A stretch of DNA of 64,000 nucleotides from an uncultured Acidobacteriota bacterium (GTDB lineage: Bacteria; Acidobacteriota; UBA6911; RPQK01; JAPXNP01). The DNA lies in contig CAVZRV010000030.1 of assembly GCA_963777605.1 (NCBI GenBank), positions 384,001 through 448,000 on the forward strand, written 5' to 3'. The position numbers and the translations under genes were made by a program. How positions within the stretch are numbered: position 1 is the stretch's first letter; each line of letters starts with the position of its first letter. Positions 19,158 to 30,958 of this stretch are shown in pieces. The notes under the pieces were generated by a model. That model saw nothing but the letters and a program-made list of their open reading frames with translations. It was not told where the DNA came from and made no database searches.

Positions 19158-19632
19158 TAAATCAAGGATAATACATCCCAGTCTCCTGAGAGCTGATCAC
19201 CTCGGTCTGCCACGGGAAGCGGTGGCTGCGAGCAGAAAACGCTCAGGCGTCGCACGTATGCGCACAACACGGAAACAGTGACCTGCTGAAGGCTGTCGTT
19301 TAACTCCCAATCGCGAAGGTAGGGTTGGATGCCTCAAGAGACGTCTCCGTCAGGCATGCGCACATTCCGGGCTCCACTCCACGGCTACCACTCTCTCCCT
19401 CCCGCTGTTGATCCACCCAAGGGCTCACCATTCGCAGGCGGAGAAACAGCCAGTCTCCAATGGCCAACGGAGCAGCCAATGAAATCCTACAATGAACGCG
19501 ATTCTCACCCTCAAGCGCCAGAGCTTTTTCCAGCGGGCAGAAGCGTGCAGATGCGTTCCCGACCCCCTCCAATCCGCAAGCTAACTGTTTGACCAGGTCT
19601 CAGAGGTTTGAGGAATGTTGTCCCGAAGCCCA

Positions 19633-20604
19633 CTAATCCTCAAAACCGATGGGGAAGCGTGATGGGAGAACGCTCTGAACCCGCGGGTCGCGCTCCAATG
19701 CGCGAGCCTTCTCTTGGTCGCACACGACCAGAGCGATTGACGTCCCCACGCTGTCCAGCTGGAGACCATACTGCTCGGCCAATCCTTCCATCTCCTGCGC
19801 GAGGTTATCCTGGGATACAAGACTTACAGCGTAGTAATCTGCTCGCTTGATCTCAAACGCTTGAGCGGCCCATAGGCGCTCGTCCTTGGAATACAAGGCG
19901 GTGGCTGCAAATGCAACGGGCTGAGCCCATACCGTGTAGAAAACCACCGAGCCTTGAGTAAACCCGTCAGGGATTTCGAACCACTCGTCCAGAAAACCGG
20001 CGACATGAACCTGAGTCGGCGGAGTGGGAATGAAGAACCCCTTCCAGTCCACGAGATTCCCGTCCGGATCGAATAGATCGGCCCGATACGTTCCGGGCGT
20101 CTGGAAATACGCCGCAATGCCCGTATTGCTCACCAACGATTCCGGCCCTCCGTAGAGCACCGGAATGACGAACAGGCTTGCCAGTGGTCGGGCCGATATG
20201 GAAACCTGAGATGTAATTTCACCCGACTTGCGGACCACCAGGTTCGCGGCTACACCGAGTTCAGCTGATGCAGCGATGATCACAGCGCCGTTGCGAAGCT
20301 CTCCCCCGACCAGATCAATCGCCCTGGATGCCCCGGATTCAAGAACGAAACTTCTGGGGCTTAAGAGTTCGTCGTCAGAGCCGTGGATTTCCACCTCAAC
20401 CGCCCCAACGCCCGGGCCGGGATGGACTACAACGATGTGGGTTTCGATCGCGATCGATCCGGACCCACCTCGGGCCACTTGCGGCAGGATGACCCGGAAA
20501 TCATTCAGGCGAAGTTCCTCGGCGAAACCAAGACTCGTATGGAATATCCAGCAGCAGAAGCAAAGAAGACCCATCACGACGGGGATCACTCTCCGAGTAT
20601 GCAT
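19633..20604 (-). CDS. Secreted protein with C-terminal peptidase-inhibitor I9-like domain
   Basis: AGGAG RBS, signal peptide; C-terminal YAVSL...LAEQYG...ARALERDPRVQSV resembles subtilisin propeptides; 10 bp downstream of the subtilase stop. Confidence 0.6.
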   Translation of the reverse strand: MHTRRVIPVVMGLLCFCCWIFHTSLGFAEELRLNDFRVILPQVARGGSGSIAIETHIVVVHPGPGVGAVEVEIHGSDDELLSPRSFVLESGASRAIDLVGGELRNGAVIIAASAELGVAANLVVRKSGEITSQVSISARPLASLFVIPVLYGGPESLVSNTGIAAYFQTPGTYRADLFDPDGNLVDWKGFFIPTPPTQVHVAGFLDEWFEIPDGFTQGSVVFYTVWAQPVAFAATALYSKDERLWAAQAFEIKRADYYAVSLVSQDNLAQEMEGLAEQYGLQLDSVGTSIALVVCDQEKARALERDPRVQSVLPSRFPIGFED

Positions 20605-20614
20605 GTCAACTCTC

Positions 20615-22678
20615 CTATCGAAGTGATACGAATTCTCGAATATAGAGATGGTGAGTGCCTGTCTCCCCACTAGAACCGTAGTACATTAAAACAGGAACCG
20701 CATTAGTACCCAGATCCCAACTATACGGGAAGTTCACCTGAATGAAGTGATCTCCGGAACCAGTCGTAATCAAGGGAGTCCCGTTGTCGGAATTAGACGC
20801 ATAGAGAGTTACAGATTCGTCCGTGATTGTGACTGCAATCGACAGATTCTTCACGCCTCGCAGATCCAAGTAGTAGGGACTGTATGAGAGGTCCGTCAAC
20901 GGTGTATCGTAGACAATAAATGGATATGAGCGGTCAGACGGTCCCTTTAGATCTATCCCTGCAAATACATAATCGCCGAAACTCATGCGCTTATAGGTCC
21001 CCAGTGTGCCACAAGTCTGATTCGTTATTCCAGCATTTTCCACCAAGCCCACGCTTATTCGGCCCATCTCATTCATAATGTCAGTGCCCTCGTTCCGAGA
21101 TGTCACTCGAATGACCAGCGTTTGATCTTGGTTTTCCGGAGGAAATTCAGCCCAGTATCCTGCGATCGTCATGGCAGTAGAACCGGTAAATTCCGCATCG
21201 ATGGCGACATCGTCCGTGTCGACACCGTTGCTGTCGTCAACTTTACGAAGGACGGGATCACAAAGCGCGTATCCGTTCTGTGGTACGGCCCAACGGCTCT
21301 TAGTTGGGTTACTTAGAAACAAGCGTTGAGACGCCGGGCTGTCATCAAAGCTATCTCCAAATGCCCAGGGAGCGAGGTTTGCATTCAACATACGCCCGGT
21401 GTGCGTCACGCCGACGAGTGAGCCCGTCGATACGGGCTGAGACGACAGGAGCAGATTCTCCTTAATCTGCCAATATGTAAGATCGGGATTCACGCTCTTC
21501 ATCATACCAGCAACCCCCGAGACCAACGGGGCGGCCCAAGAGGTTCCACTATTGCGGCAAGTCGTTCCACAGTAGTTGACTGTGGCAGGATCGGCGCTGG
21601 CGCCCTCGGCGGTCCCGCCGCCATTTGTTGTACTATAGATCGCCACTCCGGGCGCAGCCAAGTGAACGCCTCGTCGGCCCAGGTTGGAGAAGCCCGCAAG
21701 GTTGCCAGCCTCATCTACAGCAGCAACACAAATGACATTCTTCAAATGATGTTTGCACGGAAAGACATCCCCGGCTTCCCAGTTCGTAGTATCAACATCG
21801 CGTCCATCGTTCCCTGCAGAGAATACAAAAAGTATATCATTGTCCTGCAAACTCTCGATGGCGGAAGCAATGTTGCTGTATTCATGGATCCCGTTCCAGC
21901 TATTGTTGATGATCTTTGCACCTTGGTCTTTCGCATAGCCATACGCCTGGATGAAGTCCGCTTCAGTGGGAACCCACTGTCCCTCAACCCAAATTGGAGA
22001 CAAAAGTTTGAGCGGGAGGAGGTTCACGTCCCACATCACTCCTGTCGCGCCAATGCCATTATCACCAACTGCGCCAATTAGTCCGGCCGTGAAGGTCCCG
22101 TGATCGTCGTCGTCATCGACTGGAGCATCGCCATCCTCATTCTCGTCATCGCGAAAGTTCTTGGCGTTGTCCAAGTCAAGATTGTCCACCAAGTCCGGGT
22201 GGTCCACATCAACACCAGTATCCACGACAGCAATCGTGACGTTTCCAGACCCTGTCTCCCACCTCCACAATTCTGGAGCATCGATGGCATCCAGGTGCCA
22301 TTGAGACGAGAAGCCAGGATCATTCGGGATTCTGACAGATGCTAGATCGGCCCAGACCACAGCGTTGCGCCTCGCCCGATGAACGACAGGAGAGTGCTCA
22401 TAGGCTAGGATAGCGGCATCCAAGTTTGCTTGATCGGGTAACTCAATCTCAAAGAAGATGACCTCCTTTGTCTCCAGCAGCCTTCTTCGGACAGTGGCAC
22501 TATTCGCAGCGTTCAGGGCATCGAGTTGGGACTTGGATGCTCCCGCATGGACCTGTAGGATCAGGCTGTTCGGGCGGAATTCTTCCCGTTGGCCAAATCC
22601 AATCAGTCCTATTGAGATGCACTCCAACACGACAAACATGAAGATCGGGAGAATGGGTTTCTTCACTGGTACTCTCAT
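20615..22678 (-). CDS. Secreted S8 subtilisin-like serine peptidase
   Basis: Catalytic motifs IAVVDTG, HGTFTAG, SAGNDG, SGTSWAAP; signal and propeptide. Confidence 0.95.
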   Translation of the reverse strand: MRVPVKKPILPIFMFVVLECISIGLIGFGQREEFRPNSLILQVHAGASKSQLDALNAANSATVRRRLLETKEVIFFEIELPDQANLDAAILAYEHSPVVHRARRNAVVWADLASVRIPNDPGFSSQWHLDAIDAPELWRWETGSGNVTIAVVDTGVDVDHPDLVDNLDLDNAKNFRDDENEDGDAPVDDDDDHGTFTAGLIGAVGDNGIGATGVMWDVNLLPLKLLSPIWVEGQWVPTEADFIQAYGYAKDQGAKIINNSWNGIHEYSNIASAIESLQDNDILFVFSAGNDGRDVDTTNWEAGDVFPCKHHLKNVICVAAVDEAGNLAGFSNLGRRGVHLAAPGVAIYSTTNGGGTAEGASADPATVNYCGTTCRNSGTSWAAPLVSGVAGMMKSVNPDLTYWQIKENLLLSSQPVSTGSLVGVTHTGRMLNANLAPWAFGDSFDDSPASQRLFLSNPTKSRWAVPQNGYALCDPVLRKVDDSNGVDTDDVAIDAEFTGSTAMTIAGYWAEFPPENQDQTLVIRVTSRNEGTDIMNEMGRISVGLVENAGITNQTCGTLGTYKRMSFGDYVFAGIDLKGPSDRSYPFIVYDTPLTDLSYSPYYLDLRGVKNLSIAVTITDESVTLYASNSDNGTPLITTGSGDHFIQVNFPYSWDLGTNAVPVLMYYGSSGETGTHHLYIREFVSLR

Positions 22679-22950
22679 TGGAGTCTCCTTCTGTCATTTT
22701 GGTCTGGTTTGAGAATTGTGCGCGAAGTACGGTTCCGAGATAACAGCGACGATCGTTCAGCTGACGTACGCTGAAAGGAGGAGTCTTCAAGCTGTGCCCG
22801 CTGGCGAGGCATATCATCACACACTAGGTTGAAGACTCTGAGCGGTGGCTGATTCTCCATAACAAACGCCTTCGGGTGGGTCTTTCACTCTGTGGGAACT
22901 TACAACCCGGAGCGGACCTTATCCCAGCATCGGCCTCTCGCGGAAAACAA

Positions 22951-22998
22951 TTCGGCACAGCCGAACACTTCAGGCCGGAAGTGTTCGGAATATCCGAA
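22951..22998. promoter_or_regulatory. Tandem operator 3 upstream of the subtilase
   Basis: TTCGG-CACAG-CCGAA (22951) and TTCGG-AATAT-CCGAA (22984); TAAGGT on minus strand 29 nt away. Confidence 0.8.
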
Positions 22999-23089
22999 CG
23001 TTTTCGCATCTTCGGCAATAGGGAATCGGTAGTTGACTTGGATTTCGATGGAGGTCCCTCGAAAGAACCAGTGGAGTCCTTCTGGGCCC

Positions 23090-23118
23090 TTGACTGATTC
23101 GGAACCGGGCGCTAACGT
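23090..23118 (+). promoter_or_regulatory. Sigma70-type promoter of XRE copy 2
   Basis: TTGACT-N17-TAACGT. Confidence 0.7.
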
Positions 23119-23150
23119 GTCTCCGAAATGGGTGGAAGGAAGCGACAAAC

Positions 23151-23727
23151 ATGAGTGAGAGAGAATCGGTGAACGACTTCATCCGGCAGCGGCTTCGTCG
23201 ACTGCGTCTTTCCAAGAACGTGGGATTGAGGAAGCTTGCCGACCGAGCCGGAATCCCCTCGAGTTCGTATGCCTCGATGGAGGCCGGAGCGTATCGCCTG
23301 AACCTGGAGTCCTTGTTTCGAGTGCTCGGCGCGCTCGAGGCCGATATCACGGCGGTCTGGCCGTCGGAAGCTTCCAGAGCCCGCGCCGAGGACAGCGAAC
23401 TCCTCTACCAGCGACAGCTCCAGGAATTTCGCTTGGGAGAAGTGATCCGACTGTCCCAGGCGGAGGGAGGCGCTTGTTCGAGGCCCGCGGCCGGTCCTGC
23501 CGGATCGTGATGTACCAGAACCTGAGTGACTTCCTGCTCGATCGATGCCTCGTTCGCCTGGAAAACGGAGATCCTCCGAACCAGGGCCTGTGGTGGCACC
23601 AGGATTTCCTCGACCCACCTACCATTTCTTCCTCAAGGCGGAAGGGTGCCCGAGTTTCGTGGAGAAGCTCGTTCAGCACTACCTGGTCAACTGGTGCGCG
23701 CTGTTTGCGGAGGAATCAGGCGACTAG
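23151..23727 (+). pseudogene. XRE regulator copy 2 (two 1-bp frameshifts, possibly sequencing errors)
   Basis: Three overlapping ORFs reconstruct the 192-aa paralog. Confidence 0.8.
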
Positions 23728-23978
23728 CGCCCGGACCAGCCTGAGTTCCAGCGCGGAGAGCACGCGAATGTCGTTGAGACTGGCCGAGAGCTTGCTCTTC
23801 AAGGACATCACCCCGTAGGTGAGGTAGAAGGCGGCAACCAGCCCGTAGGATTTCAGTCCCAACTCCCGTGTCCGGATGAGTCCCAGGACGTCCGCCCGGA
23901 GCGAGCGGGAGTACTCCGCGAAGAGAAACTTTCCTTTGCCCGACTTTGACATCAGGTATTGCGTGTCGGGTGCTTCCA
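23716..23978 (-). pseudogene. 3' fragment of the 140-aa membrane protein, copy 2
   Basis: LEAPDTQYLMSKSGKGKF...LVRALVA; homology lost beyond ~23978. Confidence 0.8.
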
Positions 23979-24143
23979 GACTCGACTGTGATGAGCCATT
24001 AACATTTGTCAACAGCCGCCTAATGGGGGGCACCGCGGTGCACAATCTCCCCGGGGCATTTGTGGCAATAGCGGGCGCCTCCGACTTCGCGTTGCGCCGT
24101 CTGGCCGGCTGTTGACATCAGATGCGGACAGTCCCCGACCGAT

Positions 24144-26162
24144 TCAAAGTGCGAACGCCTGAAGCCACTGATCCTGATACACGGGTCGTAACCCAAGGCA
24201 CCCCCGGACGAAATGGTCGTTGCCGTAGAACGGGACGATAATCCACTTGAAGCCAAGCTTTCGCAGTTTGTCGAGCGCCGCGGAAGGCGACAACTGCTGA
24301 AATTGTTCGTTCTTGTAGACAATCCAAGAGAACCCTTCGTTACCGAGCCTTGGGCTCGCCAGAACCGGCACAACACCGCCGTCCATTTCCAGCAGCTTGG
24401 GCACTATGGCAACCGGCTCACAAAAGGTGATTCGAATGAGACCGCTTTCCTCAGAGCCCAGCGGGAGAGGCGACAATTCCGTGGAAGTGGTTCTGGCTGC
24501 AACCTGCTTGTCCTGGAACCAAACGTTCATCGGCGATCTTGACGAGAACTACTTCACGCCCGGAGCCGCGTACCCGAGCAACACCAAGTGGTACCGTTGG
24601 GCGGGATCGAGAGGCCCATCATCTCCCGGAGGGAAATCCTCCAGGTCGGCGATTGACAAAATAGAGGGGCCGGTTCTCCGCCAGGAGCTGGCGCAGAGGC
24701 TCCTGGGCGCGGAAACTCAGTGCGTCAGTGCTGGCTCGGCTCACAATCGGTGCGCTGAGCATCTTCTTGTGGTGAATTGTCTGGTAGAACGCTGCATTGG
24801 GGCCACTGTGGAGGTCGATCACGGCTCCGTCGGTTTGGGTTTCGAGCCATGAATAAAAAGAGCTGACATTCGGTCGACTCATCTTAAGCGGCACCGCGAG
24901 GGATTCGGCGGCAAGCAAGACCCCAAGCGCCACTACCAATGCTGGCCCTCGGCGAAGCTTCGTTATGCGATCGATTGCTGCTCCGTATAAGAGCGCAAGG
25001 CCCAGGTATGTCAGCAGGTGGAACCGGGCAGCGCCTCTAAAAAGTCCAAAGCCCGGTACGTTCCGAACCAGGAAAACGGCATGGCTTCGCCGGTGATCTG
25101 CTGACCGCCCAGCTGGAGGACCGGCCCGAGTGACAGGACGAAGAACACGCCGATCCAAACGGCGGATCGGGTACTCCAGGGCCGCTTGAGCCCGAACCAA
25201 GCCCAAACCGCCAGACACAACAAACTCCAGGGAACAAACTCCCCGGATTCGGCCTCTCCGCGATCCACTTGGTGTTTAACTGATTGAACCAGCTGCCGTA
25301 CGTCGAAGCGGGACCCGGAACGAAGAACGACTGAAGGTCGGCGGAATACATCCCGGCCAATTGCTCCGGGGAAATCCGCCTTCTCCATTTGAATCATTGG
25401 GATAATGAGTGGGCTCAACACAATGACCGCCGCGAGAACTACACTTGCGCTCCCTATCAGCTGTTTCCAGCGTGGTTGACACGCTTCCCGGAAAACAAGC
25501 GTGATAATGAAGAGTCCGCAGATTCCAAAAACGAAGTAGTACCAGTCACAAAGGCCCGTGGCCACCAACCAAAGCGCAGCCGCAGCAACCCGATGCGGGG
25601 TCCAACCTTGCCGGACCCCTCTCAGGCTCGACAGGAAGAAGAACGGAAGCCATTGGTAGTTGATGAGGTTGAAATGCCCGAGGCTCTGCGAAAAGTGATA
25701 GGGGGAGAAGGAGAAAGCACAGCCCGCGAGGAAAGCACCGAGAGAACCAACTCCCAGATAACGCGCCAATCGATACGCACCAAAGCCCGCCAACACGAAA
25801 GTGGTGAAGGCGAATACATTGGAAATCGTCAACAGGGATAGAGCCCCTTGAAGCGGTACCGACAAGATTGAAGGGAGGAGCGCCCGACTGTGCAAGTAGG
25901 TGCACTCTCCGTGTGGGAAGGCAATGTAATCAGTACAGAACGGACTCTGTCCCCGTAGGAGCGAGAATCTCAGCCACCACATGTTCCAGAGAAACAGCCA
26001 CGCTTCACCGTCACCAAGTAGTCGATCCCGGAGTCTAAAGGCTAGAGGGTGGGTCAGAGCGACTGTCAACAATCCGTATCCGACTAACGCCAAAGGCCCG
26101 TAGTCCCGCGCCGCCAACAGACTGCGGACCTTCAGCTGCACCTTGACTCCTTGACTGTTCAA
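24144..26162 (-). pseudogene. Polytopic GT-C-like membrane protein (ArnT/YfhO-like), frameshifted
   Basis: GDGEAWLFLWNMWW, AFLAGCAFSFSPYH...GHFNL, FFVLSLGP, FYQTIHHKK across several frames. Confidence 0.6.
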
Positions 26163-26236
26163 TCGATATGTCCAACAAGGTACACTGCGTATCCTCAGAG
26201 CAAACGGCCGACATGTGTCGAGTCAGCAAAGAGGGG

Positions 26237-27181
26237 CTACCCACGTCTTCGGAATCCATCTTCCAAACACGCGCCTATGGTACCTCCAAAACAAGCCGAG
26301 AGCCATTCGAGTGGAACAATTATCGACTCTGACACAGGTACCCTACAGGTCAAGTCAGGAGACTGGGGGCCAGAGAAATTTGAATCCTCCGCCCCCACGT
26401 CGAACGTTACTGTACTGAAGTGCAGAGCGATGATCCACTGGTGTTCGGAGAAACCGTAACCGTTGCCCCAGACCGGATACCACGGGATCAAGCTTAATGA
26501 AACCCACAGAATCGTGCCAGACGCCCTTGTTGTCTGCGATAGTGTCATCCAGATCCCGAAAGAGGTCAATGACGGTCGATTGGTTAGGTGCGAGTGTCAC
26601 TGGAGTGGACTCTGCCCAGTCCCATGCGTGCCCTTGCGTGCATGTCGACGAGTGGCCGTGAAGGCCTTTAGTTAAGGGATTCTGAACCCAGACGTCCGTT
26701 GTGGTGGCAGAGTAATTCTGAAGTTGTACTTTCGTCTGCCAGCCCTTCGGCCAGGAGCTCATGTTGTGCCAAAATGTAGCAAGTGGAATAACGATCCTCT
26801 GAATCCCCGAGTCCAAGTGGCCGGTACCGTCACCCCAACCTTGCCAAGCAGTCGCAAGCGCATAGCTGCACGAAGCCGTACTGATTACTTCGTCTCCGGT
26901 ATTGAAAGAGTGCGGACTATAGCTGTAGAATTGCCCCCGGTAACCGACGCTACACACGCGCATCTTTCCCGACCACTCGTGGCCAGACCCCTCGGAACAA
27001 CCAGGAAACGCTGCCCAAGCTTGCACACCGGCTCTCAGCCAACGTTGACCCTCGCTCCAGGCGTTGACAAGGTCCTCAGCTCCGTCGCCGTTATCGATTA
27101 CGCATTCACCGATTGCCGTTCCGTCCATTTCTTTGTTCAAGCAATGGTTTGGAGCCTCATATACATAGTTCGCATCGTCAG
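26237..27181 (-). pseudogene. C-terminal part of an unknown Trp/Cys-rich, probably secreted protein cut by IS21
   Basis: Long protein-like frame begins exactly at the IS21 left end. Confidence 0.45.
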
Positions 27182-27468
27182 TGCGTATTCCGGGCCAAGT
27201 TGACCACTGATTCCGATCGAAGTTGTCCAGGGATTCCGGGGGAAGTTGTCCGGTGATTCCGACGTGAAGTTGTCCACTTTCGGGGTGGGCAGCGGAACGG
27301 TGGAAACGAGGTCCGGAATGGTGGACAAGATCCCCGGAATGGGTGGACAACTTCGTCCGGAATGGCGGACACGTTCCCCGGAACGGTGGACACGATCGCG
27401 GAATCGGAGTGAAAGCGGCGCTGGATAATCGCCGGTAAGGTGGACCTCCTTGAGGAAAGGAGGTGCCG

Positions 27469-29033
27469 ATGCCGGCCCGGAGGTTATCCATGCGAAAAAT
27501 ACGAGAAGTACTCAGACTGAAGTTCGAACTGGGATTGGAGAATCGGCAGATCGCCCGCAGCTGCCGGATCCCGCACAGCTCCGTGGGCAACTACCTGAAA
27601 CGGGTCCGACGGGCCGGCTTGAGTTGGCCGCTGCCCGCGGATCTGGACGATGAAGCGCTGGAGCAGCGGCTGTTTCCGCCCGAGGAGCAACCGCCGGAGG
27701 CGTCGCGGCCGCTGCCCGACTTTGCCGCCATCCACGAAGAACTGCGCCGTCACAAGCACGTGACGCTGCAGCTGCTGTGGCAGGAGTACAAAGCAGGTCT
27801 ATCCCGACGGCTACCAGTACAGCCGCTACTGCGAGCTCTATGCCCGCTGGAAACGAAAGCTCGATCTGGTCCTGCGCCAGGATCACCGCGGCGGCGACAA
27901 GCTGTTTGTCGATCATGCCGGACAAACCATTCCCGTCACGGATCCCCGGACCGGCGAGATCCGGGAAGCCTATCTGTTCGTGGCCACGCTCGGGGCCAGC
28001 AACTACACCTATGCCGAAGCCACCGAGCATCGCGACCTGCCCGCCTGGATCGGATCGCACGACCGGGCCCTGGCCTTCTTCGGCGGGGTGCCCACCGTGG
28101 TGGTGCCCGGACAACTGGAAGACCGGCGTCACCGACCCCTGCTTCTACGAACCCGAACTCAATCCGACTTACCGGCAGTGGGCCGAACACTACCGGACGG
28201 CGGTCATCCCGGCCCGGGTCCGAAGGCCACGGGATAAGGCGAAGGTCGAAAACAGTGTGCTCATTGCCGAACGCTGGATCCTGGCGGCGCTTCGCAAGCG
28301 CACCTTCTTCTCCATCGCGGAGGTCAATCAGGCCATACGGGAACGGCTCGTCGAGTTGAACCACCGCCGGTTCCGCAAGCTCGACACCAACCGGGCCCAA
28401 CTCTTTGAAGCGGTGGACCGGCCGGCCTTGAAGCCGCTGCCCGAACGCCCCTATCCCTATCGGGAATCGAAGAAGGTTCGGGTCCATCCCGACTACCACG
28501 TCGAGATCGACCGCCATTACTACAGCGTTCCCTATCACTACGTCCACGAACAGCTGGAGGCCCGGATCGGCGAGAAGATGATCGAGATCTTCCGCTGCGG
28601 CCTGCGGGTGGCGGTGCACGTGCGAAGCTTCGCCGTCGGTCGCCATACCACCCTGGACGAGCATCGTCCCCCGCAGCACCAAAACCTCGAATGGACCTCC
28701 GATCGGATGATCGCCCGGGGCCGGGCGGTCGGTCCGGCGACGGCCGAGGTGCTCGAGCGGATCATGGCCTCCCGTCCTCATCCCGAACTCGGTTACCGCT
28801 CCTGCATGGGTGTCCTGCGACTGGGGCAACAGTATACGAACGAGCGGCTCGAAGCCGCCTGTCGGCGGGCCCTGTCGGTGAACACCTGCTCGTATCGCAG
28901 CATCCGCTCCATTCTCTCGACCGGACTCGACCGCCGGCCCGTCGAATCGCCCCCGGCTTCTCCCGCTCACGACACCGTGCATCCGAACGTGCGCGGCTCG
29001 TCCTATTACGGCTCGAAGGAGGTGCGGTCATGA
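27469..29033 (+). CDS. istA: IS21 transposase IstA (frameshifted)
   Basis: MRKIREVLRL HTH; TLQLLWQEY; PDNWKTGV; PARVRRPRDKAKVE; HYYSVP. Confidence 0.9.
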
Positions 29034-29775
29034 CGCGCGAGCAGACCTTCGACCAACTCTACAGCCTCAAACTGCACGGCCTGGCCGATGCGCTTCAGAA
29101 ACAGCTGGACAATCCCGAGATGGACGGCCTCGGCTTCGAAGAGCGTCTGGCGCTGCTCGTCGACGCCCAGTATCTGTGGCGGGAGAACCGGGCTTATGCC
29201 ACGCGCTTGCGTCAGGCCCGCCTGAAGACGGCCGCCTCGATCGAGGACATCAACTACCGACATGCGCGCAAGCTCGATCGTTCGCTCGTTCAGTCGCTGG
29301 CGACTTGCGAGTGGATCCGCCGCCGCCACAATCTGACGATCATCGGACCCTCCGGCGTCGGCAAGACCTACCTCTGCTGTGCCTTTCTGGAGAAGGCCTG
29401 CCGGGAGGGCTTTCGCGTCCACTATGCGTCGGCTTCGAAGTTCTTCCGCCAACTCGGCATGGCCTGGGCCGACGGCAGCTTCGATCGGCTCCTCGCCAAA
29501 CTGGCCCGCACCGATCTGCTGGCCATCGACGATTTTGGATTGGTCCCCCTGACCGATCTCGAACGCCGTCACCTGCTCGAGGTCCTCGACGATCGGACCC
29601 AATCCCGCTCCACCCTGCTGGCCAGTCAGTTCCCGATCGAAAACTGGCACGAACTCGTCGGCAGCCCCACTCTGGCCGACGCCATCGTCGAGCGGATCCT
29701 GGCCAACAGTCACCGGATCGAACTCGAAGGCGAAACCCTGCGTCGGCTCGAGGCCGGAGGAGGTGACGCCATGAC
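29030..29775 (+). CDS. istB: IS21 helper ATPase IstB (3' end uncertain; reads through into ORF3 here)
   Basis: Walker A GPSGVGKT, Walker B LLAIDDFG, ADAIVERI. Confidence 0.9.
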
Positions 29776-30469
29776 GCCGACGCTCAAGCATGAAAAGGGC
29801 TGGTTTGCCGCCGGCGTGGAAGTGCGAAAACGCCTTGAAGGTCCTCTACCGACGGCGCCTTCAAGCTCTTCATCCATCTGTGTCTGGCGGCGCCTCGCCA
29901 AACCGGGGTCGTCGAGACCAGTCAGAGCGAACTGGCCCGCACCCTTCACAAGGGCAATCTGACCATCCGTAAGTATCTGCAGGAACTGGAAGCGCAAGGG
30001 ATCTGTCGACTGAGCGGCTTCGTGCCGGTCCCCTACTGTCGGGGCCGCATCGAGATCACCGACGATTACTGGCCTTATCAGCGCGGGACCACGCTCCGCC
30101 GACAACCCGTCGGACGGGACGCCTCGGTCGACCAGGTGCGCCAACTGCTTGAAGAGCGCAGCTGTGTGGCGGCTTCCTTCTCCACGGCCGATGAGATCCT
30201 GGCCCGCAAGTGGCTCGACAGGGCATCCCGCTCGAGCGCATCGAACAGGCCATCCTGCTCGGCTGTGCCCGCAAGTACGTCTCGTGGCGCAATCATCACG
30301 ACACGACCCCGATCCGAGTCTGCACTACTTCCAGCGGGTCCTCGATGAGGTCGATCACCTCGAGGTCTCCCCCGACTACTGGTCGTACGTCCGCTCCCGC
30401 ATGCGCCGGATGGAGGAACTCTGGGATCGGAATCGGCAACGAAACGCCTCGCCGGAGCCGGAAACTTGA
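29771..30469 (+). CDS. Third IS21 ORF: HTH plus DnaD/DnaB_2-like C-terminus (frameshifted)
   Basis: GGAGG RBS; reconstructs as GWFAAG...DGAFKLFIHLCL...SQSELARTL...QGIPLERIEQAILLGCARK...LHYFQRVLDEV. Confidence 0.55.
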
Positions 30470-30958
30470 CCCCGCTTCGAGACCGAAAAACCCGGACCGG
30501 CGAACTTGGTTACAAAATTTGACCAAGTTCCGCCGGCCGAAATCCAAAGGAGATGATGTTGATGAACCCTCAAAACCACTTCCTGCTTGCCTCGATGTTG
30601 TCCACCTCAGGCAGCATGAACAAACCCCAGCGTCGCTTCGCTCCGGAGGTGGACAACTTCCCCGGACCGGGTGGACAACATCAGCGGAATACGCACCCAA
30701 GCCCCGGATCACGGTCCATCCTTTCTCACCGGGTGGTTGATCGGGTGGGGAGCCGTGTGTGAGTTGACGCCGCACGGTTCAGAGAGCGGCGGGCGGCAAC
30801 TACAATACCTTCGACATATTGTGGCACTGCCCGGAAAGCGGGAGGAGGACTAAGAATACACACCTCAGCCTGCTACTTTTGGGCGAGCCCGTCTACTCGC
30901 CCACCGACCTAACGTCGCCTTGGTGATCATGACGGCTGTCCTCCAGGCACAACTCAAA

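Larger units (their letters stand above)
27182..30695 (+). mobile_element. IS21-family element with a third ORF (~3.5 kb)
   Basis: Ends TGCGTATTCCG...CGGAATACGCA; multiple ~22-bp subterminal repeats; istA/istB; no target duplication seen. Confidence 0.9.

Noticed and set aside
27182-27410. Regularly spaced repeats resembling a CRISPR array or iterons
   Set aside because: Period is only ~22 bp with no unique 30-40-bp spacers, and the units match the IS21 right end; these are transposase-binding repeats.
28691-29962. 423-aa extended IstB fusion as given in the ORF track
   Set aside because: The N-extension overlaps istA and the C-extension is the start of ORF3 with its own RBS; probably an indel artefact.
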